Shown: one piece after another, positions 63,700 through 64,000 of the stretch
Numbering within the stretch: the stretch's first letter is position 1
Layout: each line of letters begins with the position of its first letter
Origin: Macrostomum hystrix
Taxonomy: Eukaryota; Animalia; Platyhelminthes
Direction of reading: 5' to 3'
DNA length: 64,000 nucleotides
Assembly (NCBI GenBank): GCA_950097015.1
Contig: CATNEN010000038.1
Location: 23,126,001 to 23,190,000 of the forward strand
Notes under the pieces: generated by a model
The model's database searches: none
The model's input: the letters and a program-made list of their open reading frames with translations, nothing else
What the model was told of the DNA's origin: nothing
Translations under genes and position numbers: made by a program

Positions 63700-64000
63700 C
63701 AGTAGACTGCCTTCTACCCTACTCAATCTTCAGTAGACTGCACTCTACCCTACTCAATCTTCAGTAGACTGCACTCTACCCTACTCAATCTTCAGTAGAC
63801 TGCACTCTACCCTACTCAATCTTCAGTAGACTGTACTCTACCCTACTCAATCTTCAGTAGACTGCACTCTACCCTACTCAATCTTCAGTAGACTGTACTC
63901 TACCCTACTCAATCTTCAGTAGACTGTACTCTACCCTACTCAATCTTCAGTAGATTGCACTCTACCCTACTCAATCTTCAGTAGACTGTACTCTACCCTA
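63700..64000. repeat. 31-bp minisatellite cagtagactgcactctaccctactcaatctt, runs off the window
   Basis: Direct reading, ~10 copies. Confidence 0.95.

Noticed and set aside
63411-63767. Track ORFs 63411-63767(+) and 63475-63726(-)
   Set aside because: A third frame fits the splice phase and codon bias better and is reported as the secreted precursor.

Overview
Eukaryotic, intron-containing animal DNA. The minisatellite-filled introns, tRNA-derived SINEs and compact genes resemble a free-living flatworm such as Macrostomum, but the taxon is an inference. Hand-splicing with phase-consistent GT-AG junctions gives eight genes. (1) A ~6,870-aa protein: exons 1-8 encode a plakin-type spectrin/SH3 head and a ~19.1-kb terminal exon (13129-32254) encodes 57- and 46-aa repeats built from an ~11-aa module, with one probably artefactual frameshift at ~24265. 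(2) CPPED1. (3) An intronless BTB protein. (4) An RRM-like/coiled-coil protein with KEN and D-box-like degrons. (5) An SRR1-like protein (SRRD). (6) A CX3C-type amidase-signature amidase. (7) An atypical Hes-like bHLH lacking Orange and WRPW. (8) A signal-peptide precursor missed by the ORF track. The rest is about 18 distinct minisatellites, three SINE families and two MITE-like elements. The most interesting candidate is the plakin-headed giant repeat protein, whose tail carries dynein-light-chain (LC8) TQT-like motifs at ~11-residue spacing. No CRISPR array, rRNA or intact tRNA gene is supported.
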